DNA of 64,000 bases from Octopus sinensis (GCF_006345805.1 NC_043022.1:8308001-8372000); one strand, 5' to 3'. Shown: positions 1-12,027, numbered from the stretch's first letter. The notes: generated from the letters alone by a model not told the origin. Translations and numbers: made by a program.

Positions 1-2
1 TG

Positions 3-360
3 CCACAGAAAGAGTATGTGAAACGATGGAAGGAAGTGATGAGAAAGGTGGGTGTGAGTAACCCAGCTTAATCATCGAAGAAAGGAAAAATTAGTTGCTG
101 GGCCTTATAGACCGCCGGGTTCAAAATTTGGAACCTGCATTTTTCCCCTTTTCGTTTTAGCATATGTCATGTTTTCTATTTTATTAAAAAAAACCCACAA
201 AAGTTCTCGTTGTAAAGGCAAAAGTAAGCCAAGTTTTCGTTTATGTCATATTACAACTAAATTTTTAAGTCTCATTCGAACTCATATAACATTCTTTGTA
301 TTTGTCTGTCTTGTTATGTCCCTATGTAAGATCGCATGATTGTAATAAAGATTTTCCTTT
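3..360 (+). mobile_element. Possible 3' end (ORF2 C-terminus plus 3' UTR) of a Tx1/L1-like LINE
   Basis: Frame 3 gives PQKEYVKRWKEVMRKVGVSNPA* (stop 69-71), resembling the C-terminus RFMGRWKPVARKLGV of the LINE at 21736-22332. A T/A-rich UTR-like tract follows. Confidence 0.45.
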
Positions 361-644
361 TTCTCAAGACAGTAAGCCTGTCCATTCCCTTAACAGCACG
401 ACAACACAGGAGATTTCGTGAATCTTGAGGTTATCTTCCCTTCTCAAGTGGTGCTCGTCCTGAATTCCATTTGACAATTATAATAATAAATCCTCTCGAG
501 GTGGAGAAAATTTTAATAAAACAAAAATTGATATTGTATGGTATATAATATGCTTGTATTTGTCTACATTGTTGAAGCACATGTCACGGGTTATTTCTCT
601 TAGTTTATATTTGTTTAAATTATGCAAATCACCTTGGTCATAGG

Positions 645-1005
645 AGGCGCAATGGCACCGTGGTTAGGGCAGTGGACTCGCGGCTGTAGGATCGCGGTTT
701 CGATTCCCAGACCGGGCATTGTGAGTGTTTATTGAGCGAAAACACCTAAAGCTGCACGAGTCTCCGAGAACTACGTTAAGGGTACACGTGTCTGTGGAGT
801 ACTCAGCCACTTGCACGTTAATAAATGAGCTGCGACGTCACTGGTACCAAGCTGTATCGACCTTTGTCTTTCCTTTGGATAACATCGGTGGCGTGGAGAG
901 GGGAGGCCAGTATGCATGGGTGACTCCTGGTCTTCCATAAACAACCTTGCCCAGACTTGTGCCTAGGTGCAATCCCATGGTCATTCATGACCGAAGGGGG
1001 TCACA
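645..1005 (+). mobile_element. tRNA-headed SINE (mosaic: head A + middle module + tail T1)
   Basis: A-box-like TGGCACCGTGG and B-box-like GTTTCGATTCC. The head is shared with 12742 and 50380, the middle with 1880-1930, and the tail with 54410-54605. Confidence 0.75.
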
Positions 1006-1710
1006 ACAACCTTGGTCATAAATGTGTTCTATTCTTTCTGCATATTTCAATGGTACCTGGATACTGGCGATAGGTTCGGTCAGCTGTCGTTATGATGGCG
1101 CATATTTAGGCAGAAACACGTGTCCACGGCTGTCCTCTTACTTCCAGACAATAAGCTCGACTTTTTGCTTAATGGAATGTCAGTTTTAGAGAATTCTTGA
1201 TTTGTTTTTCTCTCTCCTTTTCAAGTGGAGCTGGTCTTAATTGCCGTTTGGTGATTATGATAGATCCTGTTGAAGTGGCGATAATATTAACTAATCAAGA
1301 ATTGATTCTGTGTAATATTTGATACACCTAAGTCGCAAGCTTGCAGAACCGTTAGCATGCCTAGCAAAATAATTAATTTGTTAGACTACGAAATCTATTA
1401 TATCCTTGACTTTTTGATACAAGATTTTGTTTTGAGTGACATTTGGCTGCCATTTCCAGCAAGTTATTGGAAATATAATGAGCCCTTCATATTAGTTACT
1501 TTTTTCTGTTAGATTTGTTTCAGTGTCAGCGTCGGACAAATATATAACGGTGATTGATCAAACTCTGCGTTATAAGTTCAAATCTCGCTCGCGTCAACTT
1601 TGATTTTTACCCTTCCAGTGGATCAGAGTGAATAAACTGTTGCACAGTGCAAAGTTTTTCTCCGTTTTTAAAAACCGAAAAATTGTATGTTCACGCGCGC
1701 GTCTGTGTTG

Positions 1711-1990
1711 TGAAGGCGCGTGGAAGGTCGTGAGTTCGATTCCCCGCGGCGCGTTGGGTCCTTGAGTAAGACAGTTTATTTCACGTTGTTCTAGTCCACT
1801 CGGCTGTCAAAAATGAGTTGTACCTGTCTGTAAGTTAAAGGGCCAGTCTTGTCGCATTCCGTGTCACGCTGAATCGCCAACTACGTTAAGGTTACACATG
1901 TTTGTGGAGTGCTCAGCCACTTGCACGTCAATTTCACAAGCAAACTGTTTTGTTGGTCAGATCAACAGAAACCCTCATCGTCATAACTGA
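1711..1990 (+). mobile_element. tRNA-headed SINE with a CORE/Meta-like central domain
   Basis: GAGTTCGATTCC B-box followed by TCCTTGAGTAAGACAGTTTATTTCACGTTGTTCTAGTCCACTC, shared with 54355-54410 and 11410-11470 (reverse). Confidence 0.65.
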
Positions 1991-2054
1991 CGGAATGTAT
2001 GTGTGCACGTGTATGTGTGTGTGTATGTTACTCATTTACTCATTCACTTAGTCG

Positions 2055-2387
2055 AGGTAATCGACCCCAGGACTTATTCTTTGTAAGCCTAGTACTTATT
2101 TTATCGGTCTCTTTTGCCGAACCACTAAGTTACGGGGACGTAAACACACCAGCATCGGTTGTCAAGCGATGTTATGGGGAGGGACAAACACAACAAACAA
2201 ACATATATATATATATACATAAATACGACGGGCTTCTTTCAGTTTCCGACTACCAAATCCACTCACAAGGCTTTGATCGACCCGAGGCTATAGCAGAAGA
2301 TACTTGCCCAAGGTGCCACGCAGTGGGACTGAACCCGGAACCATGTGGTTCGTAAGCAAGCTACTTACCACACAGCCACTCCTGTGC
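2055..2387 (-). mobile_element. SINE family A copy (abundant ~430-bp tRNA-derived SINE)
   Basis: The reverse complement reads CAGGAGTGGCTGTGTGGTAAG...GGTTCAGTCCC...GGCACCTTGGGCAAGTATCTTC...GGAAACTGAAAGAAGCCCGTCG. More than 20 related copies or fragments occur in the window. Confidence 0.85.
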
Positions 2388-2963
2388 CTTGTTAGTACAA
2401 GTTTTGTTGGTTTAGCTTTACGAATTAATTTTTCACTAAATTTTGTTTACATGCCGAGTCAAACGTGCAGTTTTGTTGATTAATGCACCAAAAGTGCCTT
2501 GACCCTGAACCAACAGCTGATGAAAATGCATGAATTTGTTTGCATTTTCTATTGTGTTTTATACCTGTTGCCCCTGCTTAATTCTCTTCTCTTTTGTCTC
2601 TTACACACACACTTATACTTTTATAATTATGTATGTATCTATCTATCTATCTAGGGTTACCTACTTGCAAACAAATGTGGTAACATGTAACAATATTGAC
2701 CGAGGTTACCGTGGTCTTTTCCGTAGGCTTTTCTTCCCACGGATAAACCTTATCTGCTTCCCCCTTTACACTTTACATCATGACACTGTGATACACGATC
2801 CCTTTTTCTTTTCCTTTTTTTTTCTTTTTTTCCTTCTTTCTCTTTTACGATCCCTTTTGATCAAAAACCTACCCCACCTTTTTTTTCTTTCCCCAAAAAA
2901 GAAAAGCTCTACTTTGTAATCTGTCCCGTCTGTGTGCAGCCCTGTGTGACTAATAAAGAAACA

Positions 2964-3151
<188 letters not shown>

Positions 3152-3174
3152 CATACATACACACACACACTGTA

Positions 3175-3379
3175 TGAGGGCTGTGCTGAAAAGTTCCTGG
3201 CTTTAAGGGTTGGTTGGAGGCCCAATCTTCCAAGTTCTTTTACAGGGCTTAGAAAACCTGAAGGACCTCTGCAATAACTGTGTGAATCTGAGAGGGGAAT
3301 ATGTTGAATAAAAGTATAATTAACTGGTCTTCCTGTATTTTCTTCTACCCAGAGCCAGGAACCTTTCAGCACCTCCTCG
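3175..3379 (+). mobile_element. Mariner-derived MITE (~205 bp)
   Basis: TA TSDs (3173, 3380). TIRs are GAGGGCTGTGCTGAAAAGTTCCTGGCT and AGCCAGGAACCTTTCAGCACCTCCTCG. The interior encodes a mariner C-terminal relic [25 protein letters not shown] second copy lies at 45049-45260. Confidence 0.85.
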
Positions 3380-3429
3380 TATGTCTGTCTGTCTGTATGT
3401 ATGTATGTAATTATGTCTGTCTGTCTGTC

Positions 3430-3461
<32 letters not shown>

Positions 3462-3884
3462 TGCATGCGTGCATATGTGTGTGTGTGTGTATGCATGCAT
3501 ATATACATACATAGACATGGAGCGGGCCAATCCTTGGCTGAAACATCTAAGTTATCTAAGTTATTTATTTACGCGCGCGTATGATGATGACGACGATGAC
3601 AATGACGACGATGATGGTGGTGGTGGTGGTGACGATTCTCAGCCCAAGGTCAGATCTATAATCAACCACATTCAAACAGTGACTATTTACTTAGTTAATT
3701 AATTAATTAATTCGTAATGGTAATATATGTTGAACAATATTATCCACCTCTTTCGTTTAAAAAAACCCCAAAAGAATGAAAACAGAAAAAGCGTGTGGAA
3801 TTTTGAAGCTTTTTTTTTGCTGCTATTTCTGGCAGGTTGAACGACCACGTTATGCAGTCTGCTTACTCGCTGACTATGGGAGCG

Positions 3885-4462
3885 GTCACAGTACTGGTGG
3901 TGGTGGTGGTGATGATGATGATGATAGCTATGGTGATAATGAGGGTGATGACGACGTCGATGATGATGATGACGATCATGACGATGACGCTGATGACGGC
4001 GTCGATGATGACGATGACGGTGATGACGATGATAGTGATGATGACGATGAGGACGATGACACTGATGACGGCGTCGATGATGACGATGACGGTGATGATG
4101 ATAGTGATGAGGACGATGAGGACGATGACACTGATGACGGCGTCGATGATGACGATGACGGTGATGATGATAGTGATGAGGACGATGAGGACGATGATGG
4201 CGATCATGACAATGATCGCTGATGACGATGACGGTGATGACGATGAAGATGAGGACGATGATGGTGATGACGATGCTGATGACAGCTATGGCGATAATAT
4301 GAGGCTGACGACGACGAGGGTGATGATGACGACTGCGATGACAACGACGAAGACAACGACGACGACGACGATGATGCTAATAATGATGATAGTGACGACG
4401 ACGGCGACGCTGATTCAAATTATCATGCTGCTGCTGATAATGATGATGATGATGATGATTTA
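3885..4462. repeat. Compound (GAT/GAC/GGT)n triplet repeat with ~60-bp higher-order units
   Basis: The unit CTGATGACGGCGTCGATGATGACGATGACGGTGATGA recurs three times (~3990, 4060, 4130). Confidence 0.9.
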
Positions 4463-4667
4463 TTAGTGAAACTATTTCATGTGTTAAGGAAGTAATTGAG
4501 TGTCGCTGTAAAAGAAAAACAAAGAAAATAGAAACAAGCAAAGCATCTCCTTCATTTTTTCCCTTCTCAATTTTTTTCTTTTACTTCAAATTGTTTTTCC
4601 TTCTCCCCACACGTTCTTTCTTTTATTATCGACCTTGATAATACATAATAATTTATTGCTTTCTATA

Positions 4668-5029
4668 GGTGTGTGTAGAGGTGTGTGTGTGTGTGTTTGT
4701 TTGTTTGAATGTGTTTGTGGTTGTGTGTGTCTGGCTCTGTGTGTGTGATCTGGGTACGTTTTGTGTGGGTGAACGTCTGTGTGTGTGTGTGTGTGTGTGC
4801 GCCTGATGTGTGTGTATGTGGTTATGTGTATGTCTGGATGTATTTTGTGAGCGTGAGCGTGTGTTTATGTGTTTAAGTGTCTGTGTGTATATGTGTGTGT
4901 GGTTGTGCAAGTGTGTGTGTGTTTGTTTGAATGTGTTTGTGTTTGTGTATATGTGTCTGGCTGTGTGTGTGTATGTGTGATCTGGGTACGTTTTGTGTAG
5001 GTGAACGTCTGTATATGTGTGTGTGGTTG

Positions 5030-5069
<40 letters not shown>

Positions 5070-6895
5070 CTGGGTGCGTTTTGTGAACGTCTGTATATGT
5101 ATGTGTGCGTGTTTGTGTCTGCTGTGTGTGCACGTATGGGTGTGTGTGTGGTTATGGTATGTCTGGATGTATTTTGTGTGAGTGAGCGTGTGTGTTTGTG
5201 TGTTTAAGTGCCTGTATGTATATGTGTCTGGCTGTGTAAGTGTGTGTGTGTGTGGTCTGAGTGCATTTTGTGTATGTGAACGTCTGTGTGTATGTGACTG
5301 ATGTGTGGGCGCGTATGGGTGTGTGTGAGTATGTGTATGTCTACCTGTGTAGGAGTGTGCCAGGGTGTATTTTTGTGTGCGTGCGTAAGCGTGTGTGTTT
5401 GTGGGTGCCTTGTGTGTGTGTGTGTGTATGTGTGCGTATGAGTGTATATGTGAGTGGTATGTGTGTGCGTATGTGTGGGGTATATGTGTGCTTGTGTTTG
5501 AGTGCCTGTGTGTATATGTGTGTGTCTGGCTACGTAAGTGTGTGTGTGGTCTGGATGCATTTTGTGTATGTGAACGTCTGTATGTGTCTGTGTGTGTTTG
5601 ATTGTGTGTGCGCGCATAGGTGTGTGGGTATGTGTGTGTACTTGTGTAGGTGTGCACGAAGGTGAATTTTGTGTGCGTGAGCATGTCTGTGTTTGTGTGT
5701 GTGTGCATGTGTATGTATATGTGCGTGTGTCTGTGCGTGCGTATGAGTGTGTGCGTGGGGGTATGTATGTGTCTGGCTGTATAAGTATGTGTATGTTCTG
5801 GGTGCATTTTTGTATGTGAACGTCTGTGTGTGTGTGTGTGATACGTGGGCGCAGGGGTATGTCTATGTCTGCTTGTACACGTGTGTTTGGATGTTTTGTG
5901 TGTGTGCGTGCGTGTGTGCGTTATATATGTGAATGTATCGGTATGTGAGTCTGATTGTATATGTGTATGAGTGTGTGTCTGGATGCCTTTGAGTGTATTT
6001 TGTGTGTGTGGGCGTGTGTGTTGGATTGTATGTATGTGTATGTATGTGTGTGTGTGTGTCTGGTAATGTGTCTGGAAGTGTGTGTGTGTGTGCGCATGTA
6101 GAAGTTTGTGTGTTCATGTGTAAAAGTGTTTTGTGTGTGTATGTAGACGTAGCACTGTGTTTTTGTTCATGTGAGTATGTATGTGTATGTGTGCGTGGCT
6201 GATAGTGTTTGCGAATGTGTCTCTATGTGTGAATGCGCGTTTGGGTGTGTGGTTTGTGTCTGTATGTTTATGTGAGTGTATATGTATGTGTATCTGAATG
6301 TGTATGTGTGTATCTTTGTGTGTGTGTATATATGTATGTGTGTGTATATGTATGTGTATCTGAACGTGTATGTGTGTATGTTTGTATGTGTGTGTACGTA
6401 TGTGTGTATGTATATGTATGTGTATCTGGCCGTGTCTTTCTCCTTTTCTTTTTTTTCTTCTTTTTCCTTGTTCTTCGTTTTCTCCTCCTCCTCCTCCTCT
6501 GTCTGTCTGTCTGTCTTAATCTTTCTTTCTCTCTACTTCTCTCCCTCCCTCTCTGTTGAAAATGTGTTTTGTGGGTGCTTGTATCTTTATCTCTGAGTTG
6601 TGTGCGTGCATAAGGTGTGTGTGTGTGTGTATGCGTGTGTCTGTGTGTGTGTTTGCGTGTGTGTCTGTGTGTGCGTGTCTGTGTGCGCGCGCATGTGTGT
6701 GTGTGCGCGTGTGTGTGTGTGTGTGTGTGTGCGTGCATAAGGTGTGTGTGTGTGTGTGTGTGTGTATGCGTGTGTGTGTGTCTGTGTGTGTGTTTGCGTG
6801 TGTGTGTGTGCGTGTCTGTGTGTGTGTGTCTGTGTGCGCGCGCATGTGTGTGTGTGTGTGTGCGCGTGTGCCTGTCCCTTGTCTGCAAAACAATG
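4668..6895. repeat. Degenerate (TG)n-rich compound satellite
   Basis: TG-dominated sequence with recurrent embedded motifs. It generates the His/Thr and Val/Cys ORFs. Confidence 0.9.
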
Positions 6896-7213
6896 CCCGT
6901 GGGTGTGCTTAATGCGCACGTGAAAGTGTATTTCTCAGCGTGCAATAGAAGACGCGTTGTTGTCTTTGTATAGAAAAGCATGTGAGACTGCATGTAGAAG
7001 CATGTTTGTCTGTCTGTATTTAATTCTTTCGACATTGTTTGTTTGCCTGGAAAGTGTCAAATCTAAGAAATCTTTTTTGTTGATCTTTTATCTTTTTAAT
7101 CTTTCGTTTGTTTCAGTCATTGGACTGCGGCCATGCTGGGGCACCGCCTTGAAGGGTTAGCTTCTCAAACTTTTTGGAAAGTTTGAGAACTTTATGTGGC
7201 TATGAGGGGAGCT

Positions 7214-7648
7214 GGATCTTTTCGGTTTGAACGGCAGTTTTTAAAAATAATTTCCACGTAACTAAACACCTTTAAACTTCGTAAACTGGTAGAATGTGTT
7301 TATAAAACATCTTCTTCTCTTAGCTTTATTGAGAAAATTCTATAGTTTGTAAGATATTTGTTGTTGTTTTTTATTCAATTTCTGCAATTTCAACCAATCA
7401 GTGACGTCTATTGAGGTGAAAACATTCTGTGCCGTATGAAAATGTCCCTCGTTTAAGAAACAGATTGGGTTTATTTACATTTCTGAAGAAAAAAAGATAC
7501 CCTTCTCCCACCCCTAACCCTAACCCTAACTCTAACCCTAACCCTAAAATAGATTGAAATGCAATAGATCGATACTAGGGTCATAATTATGGGTGACAAT
7601 TTCATATGACATCGCTAGAAAAAACTGCCGTTCAAACCGAAAAGATCC
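7214..7648 (+). mobile_element. GGATC-terminated MITE, copy 1 (Merlin-like candidate)
   Basis: 29-bp TIR GGATCTTTTCGGTTTGAACGGCAGTTTTT at both ends. TSD GGGGAGCT/GGGGAACT (7/8). Six internal CCCTAA-type units. Confidence 0.9.
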
Positions 7649-8024
7649 GGGGAACTTACCGCTCCCCACATAGCCACATACTACTGTCAGCGCCCCACCC
7701 CTATTTTTGTGTAAAAATAAATATTTTATATTTTACTGATTTATACATACTATGAAACATTTGATATTTAGTATGATATTATATAATTTGTATACAATAC
7801 TGTAATAGTATTATAATAAATTCATAGCGTCCCCCAATACACTGCCTTCTTTCCAACGCCTCCTTTTTCTCTACCGTCCCTCCACACCGCACCCTTAGGC
7901 ACCAGTGCTCACCTGGACAATCTCAACGCCCACTAGAGGGCGGTAGCGCCCACTTTGAGAACCTATTAGATGAACAAATTCACCCAGTCCCGATGTGGGT
8001 AATGTTTTTTTTATTTTTAGTTTT

Positions 8025-8310
8025 GGTATTTATTCTATCGGACCCACTTTGTAGAACCGCCAAGTTACGGTACGGGATGTAAAGAAACTAACACCGGTTG
8101 TCAAGGAGTGGTGGGGAACAAACACTAAGTCAACTACACACGCTGACGCATACACACATGCACACATATATATATATATATGTATGTCTTTATATACGTG
8201 TATTCTTTTATTTTTTTACTTGTTTCAGGCATTTGACTGCGGTCATGCTGGAGCAACACCTTAAAATAAAAAAAATAAGCAGCCAGTAAGGCTCTTGGAG
8301 CTCCCATATA

Positions 8311-8366
<56 letters not shown>

Positions 8367-8525
8367 TTATTTATTTACGACGGGCTTCTTTCAGTTTTCG
8401 TCCGCTAAAGTCCACTCACAAGTCCTCAGTTGGCCTGAGGCTTTAGTGGAAGACACTTGGCCACTCCTGCGCAGTGGAAACTGAACTCTCGTCCATATGG
8501 TTGGGAAGCAAGTTTCTTAACCACG
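8025..8525 (-). mobile_element. SINE family A, rearranged and degraded copy
   Basis: Tail, middle and head segments match family A and are interspersed with (TA)n. Confidence 0.7.
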
Positions 8526-8565
8526 CAGAAACGTCTGTACTTACGAAAATTCCTACGACCATCTA

Positions 8566-8596
<31 letters not shown>

Positions 8597-8609
8597 TGTA
8601 TGTATGTAT

Positions 8610-9037
8610 GGATCTTTTCAGTTTGAACGGCAGTTTTTTTAAATAATTTCCACGTAACTAAACACCTTTAAATTTCGTAAACTGGTAGAATGTGATTATA
8701 AAACATCTTTTTCTCTTGGCTTTATTGAGAAAATTCTATAGTTTGTAAGATATTTGTTGTTTTTTTTTCTTCAATTTCTGCAATTTCAACCAATCAATGA
8801 TGTCTATTGAGTTAAAAAGCATTCTGTGCCGTATAAATATGTCCCTTGTTTAAAAAACAGTTTGGGTTTATTTACATTTGTGAAGAAAAAAGATACTCTT
8901 CCCCCCACCCCTAACCCTAACTAACCCTAACCCTAAAACAGATTGAAATGCAATAGATCGATACTAGGGTCATAATTATGGGTGACAATTTCATATGACA
9001 CCGCTAGAAAAAACTGCCATTCAAACCGAAAAGATCC
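8610..9037 (+). mobile_element. GGATC-terminated MITE, copy 2
   Basis: Both TIRs are present. The element is inserted in (TATG)n with GTATGTAT on both sides. Confidence 0.9.
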
Positions 9038-9639
9038 GTATGTATGTATGTATGTCTGAATATTTGTCTAACTTGTGGATGGAAGAAATTCTGTTTCAAG
9101 CATTCTCATGACGTCACATCAAAGGGCTATTCTTGCGTGATGTACGTGACAATCAGCGACACAAATTATGAAATAGCTAAGAGTTGTATTGATCCGTTTT
9201 TCACAGTAAACTTTGACTATCCAGACAAATATTAAACTGAAAATGAAATTTTAAAAAAAAAAGCTTTTTATTTGGGGTGTTAGGTTGAATTTTTTTTAAG
9301 CAGATCCCGAAAAATGTGTGACTTACGTGACATCGCGCAAAATTATTAACTATTATTGCTTTGAATTTCTCCTGAGCAGCGTAAAAGACTCCCATCGTGT
9401 TTATCTTCATTGGTCTTGAAATTTCCAAGCACACCAAGGAGTTTGTTGGAAAACAAAGCCTGCCGTCATAAATTTCATTTTCCGTGGTGTGACGTACGTG
9501 ACAAAAAATGGATGTGACAAACGGGCTAATAATATTTGCTATATCTTCAAAATAGATCTGGGAAAGAATTGCCTCAATATCGATATCTGGTCAGAAATGA
9601 ACCATTTCTACATATCTTTTACTGCTATATAGTGAGTTT

Positions 9640-10049
9640 GGATCTTTTCGGTTTTTTCTAGAGGTGTCATATGAAATTGTCACTCATAATTATGACCCTA
9701 GAATCGATCTATTGCATTTCAATCTCTTTTAGGGTTAGGGTTAGTTAGGGTTAGGGGGAAGGGTATCTTTTTTTTTCACAAATGTAAATAAACCTAATCT
9801 GTTTCTTAAACGAGGGACATATTCATACGGCACAGAATGCTTTTTACCTCAATGGACGTCACTGATTGGTTGAAATTGCAGAAATTGAAGAAAAAAACAA
9901 CAACAAATATCTTACAAACTATAGAATTTTCTCAATAAAGCCAAGAGAAAAAGATGTTTTATAAACACATTCTACCAGTTTACGAAGTTTGAAATTTTTT
10001 AGTTACCAAGAAATTATGTTAAAAACTGCCGTTCAAACCGAAAAGATTC
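9640..10049 (-). mobile_element. GGATC-terminated MITE, copy 3
   Basis: Reverse orientation. Perfect 8-bp TSD GTGAGTTT (9632-9639 and 10050-10057). Short deletion in one TIR. Confidence 0.9.
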
Positions 10050-10435
10050 GTGAGTTTTTCTGGTTATTCAAAAAAGGATTTCGAAAACCTCTTTTGCATT
10101 AGTTTCCAAGAGAATGGTGCCAATGTTTCGGCAGACGATGACGATGGTGTCGATAGCGGTGATAGTGGTGGAAGTGGATTTTGTTTTAATGCTTACCCCA
10201 GAAAAGGGCTACTCTGGATTCGCCTCTTATTCGATTGCGGCCGTGCTAGAGCCCTGCTTTATAGAATTTTCGTCGAACACATCAACCTCAGTATATATTT
10301 TAAAGTATAGCGTTTATTCCATTGGTCACTTTTCTCGAACTGCTAATTTACGGGAACAAAAAAAAAAAAGCACCAGTTATGAACTGGTGTTGGGGGAACA
10401 ATCGCAGACATAAAGGTACACATACATACATACAT

Positions 10436-10474
<39 letters not shown>

Positions 10475-10502
10475 CATATATGTGTGTGTGTGTGTGTATG
10501 TG

Positions 10503-10533
<31 letters not shown>

Positions 10534-10649
10534 GTCGGCCTGCTCGCTTAGCCAGCGGGGTGGTGTCATTCGAAGGCTAAAACAATGCGAACGCATTGTG
10601 ACCAGCGATGTGTAACTACATCTGATGGTCTGGTCGGTCACGTGATCAC

Positions 10650-10727
10650 GTGATATATATATATGTATATATATGTATGTATATATGTATATATATGTAT
10701 ATATATGTATATATATATATATATATG

Positions 10728-10773
<46 letters not shown>

Positions 10774-11101
10774 GTATATATATATATGTATATATATATA
10801 TGTATATATATATATATGTATATATAATATATATGTATATATATATATGTATATATATATATATGTATATATATATATGTATATATATATATATGTTATA
10901 TATATATATAATATGTATATATATATATGATATATATATATATATGATATATATATGTATTATATATATATGTATATATATATGTATATATATTATATGT
11001 ATATATATATATATGTATATATATGTATATATATATGTATATATATGTATATATGTATATATGTATATGTATATATATATATGTAGATATGTATATATAT
11101 G

Positions 11102-11159
<58 letters not shown>

Positions 11160-11160
11160 A
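10650..11160. repeat. (TA)n/(TATG)n microsatellite block
   Basis: Direct reading. Confidence 0.95.
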
Positions 11161-11340
11161 CGGGAAGCTTTATGAAAATAAACAAAAGATGCAGGCAGGT
11201 GGAATACAAACAAACAATTGTATTAGTATGGCGCTCAAGAATATAAATAAAACAAGTCTTTTACGTTTCGAGCCTACGCTCTTCAACGGAAAGATACACA
11301 GAAAAGAAACACGGAGAGAAACAAGGAGAGAAAAAAAATG
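11160..11340 (-). mobile_element. Penelope-like terminal-repeat fragment carrying a hammerhead-like motif
   Basis: Homologous to 52635-52785. On the minus strand it contains TCTTT-CCGTTGA-A-GAGC(GTAG)GCTC-GAAACGTA-AAAGA. Confidence 0.6.
11256..11295 (-). ncRNA. Degenerate minimal type I hammerhead ribozyme-like motif
   Basis: Stem I TCTTT/AAAGA, core CCGTTGA (canonical CTGANGA), stem II GAGC/GCTC, GAAA, palindromic ACGT stem III, and a GTA cleavage triplet. Confidence 0.5.
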
Positions 11341-11399
11341 CGTGCAGAAGCTAGCGAATCAACATAATTTCGTTTATCTTTTACTTTTGCAGTACATGC

Positions 11400-11520
11400 A
11401 GTACTCGTTTTTGTTAGCTGAGTGGACTGGAGCAACGTGAAATAAACAATCTTGCTCAAGGACACAACACGCCGCCAGGAATCGAACTTACGATCCGAAT
11501 ACTCTAACCTCTAAGCTGCA
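11400..11520 (-). mobile_element. SINE fragment (head plus CORE/Meta-like domain)
   Basis: Reverse complement of the GTGTCCTTGAGCAAG...TTTATTTCACGTTGCTCCAGTCCACTCAGC module. Confidence 0.7.
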
Positions 11521-11590
11521 CGTCTTCTCTCTCACAAACACGCACACGCGCACACACACACACACACAGACACACACATACACACAAACG

Positions 11591-11636
<46 letters not shown>

Positions 11637-12027
11637 TTTGTTGTCAGTGTTTGTCACAAACAATCTAATAGAGTAACTTTTGAGCTCCGAAGAGGAAAGT
11701 TTGCGGGCTGATTGCCCCATTAATTAATTGATTAATTGATTATAAGTACAATCTATTGTGTGATGTGGATACGCTTACGCAAGCTTTCTGAAACATATAT
11801 AGGCGGATAAGATTATGTAAGAATGTAACTCTTTATTCTTTGCCTGATTACTACATATACACATACCTACATACATAGTACATATATACGTACGTACATA
11901 CATACATGCATGCATACATACATGCATACGTAATACGTTCATACAAACATACACACGTACGTACATGCATACATACACACATACATACCTGCGTCCATGC
12001 ATGCATACATAGATACACGACAAATGA

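Noticed and set aside
1999-2355. Recurrent peptide DGLLSVSxYQIHSQGFxRPEAIxEDTCPRCHAVGLNPEPCG (also 17093 and 59988)
   Set aside because: It is the antisense translation of SINE family A, not a gene family.
4653-7035. Long His/Thr- and Val/Cys-rich ORFs (up to 384 aa)
   Set aside because: These are translations of (CA)/(TG) repeats, which lack stop codons. No domain is present.
7512-7547. Telomere or chromosome-fusion scar
   Set aside because: The CCCTAA units always sit at the same position inside the MITE.
9100-9520. Cluster of TGACGT(C/A) CRE-like motifs as an enhancer
   Set aside because: It probably belongs to an unidentified transposon interior. I cannot support a regulatory role.
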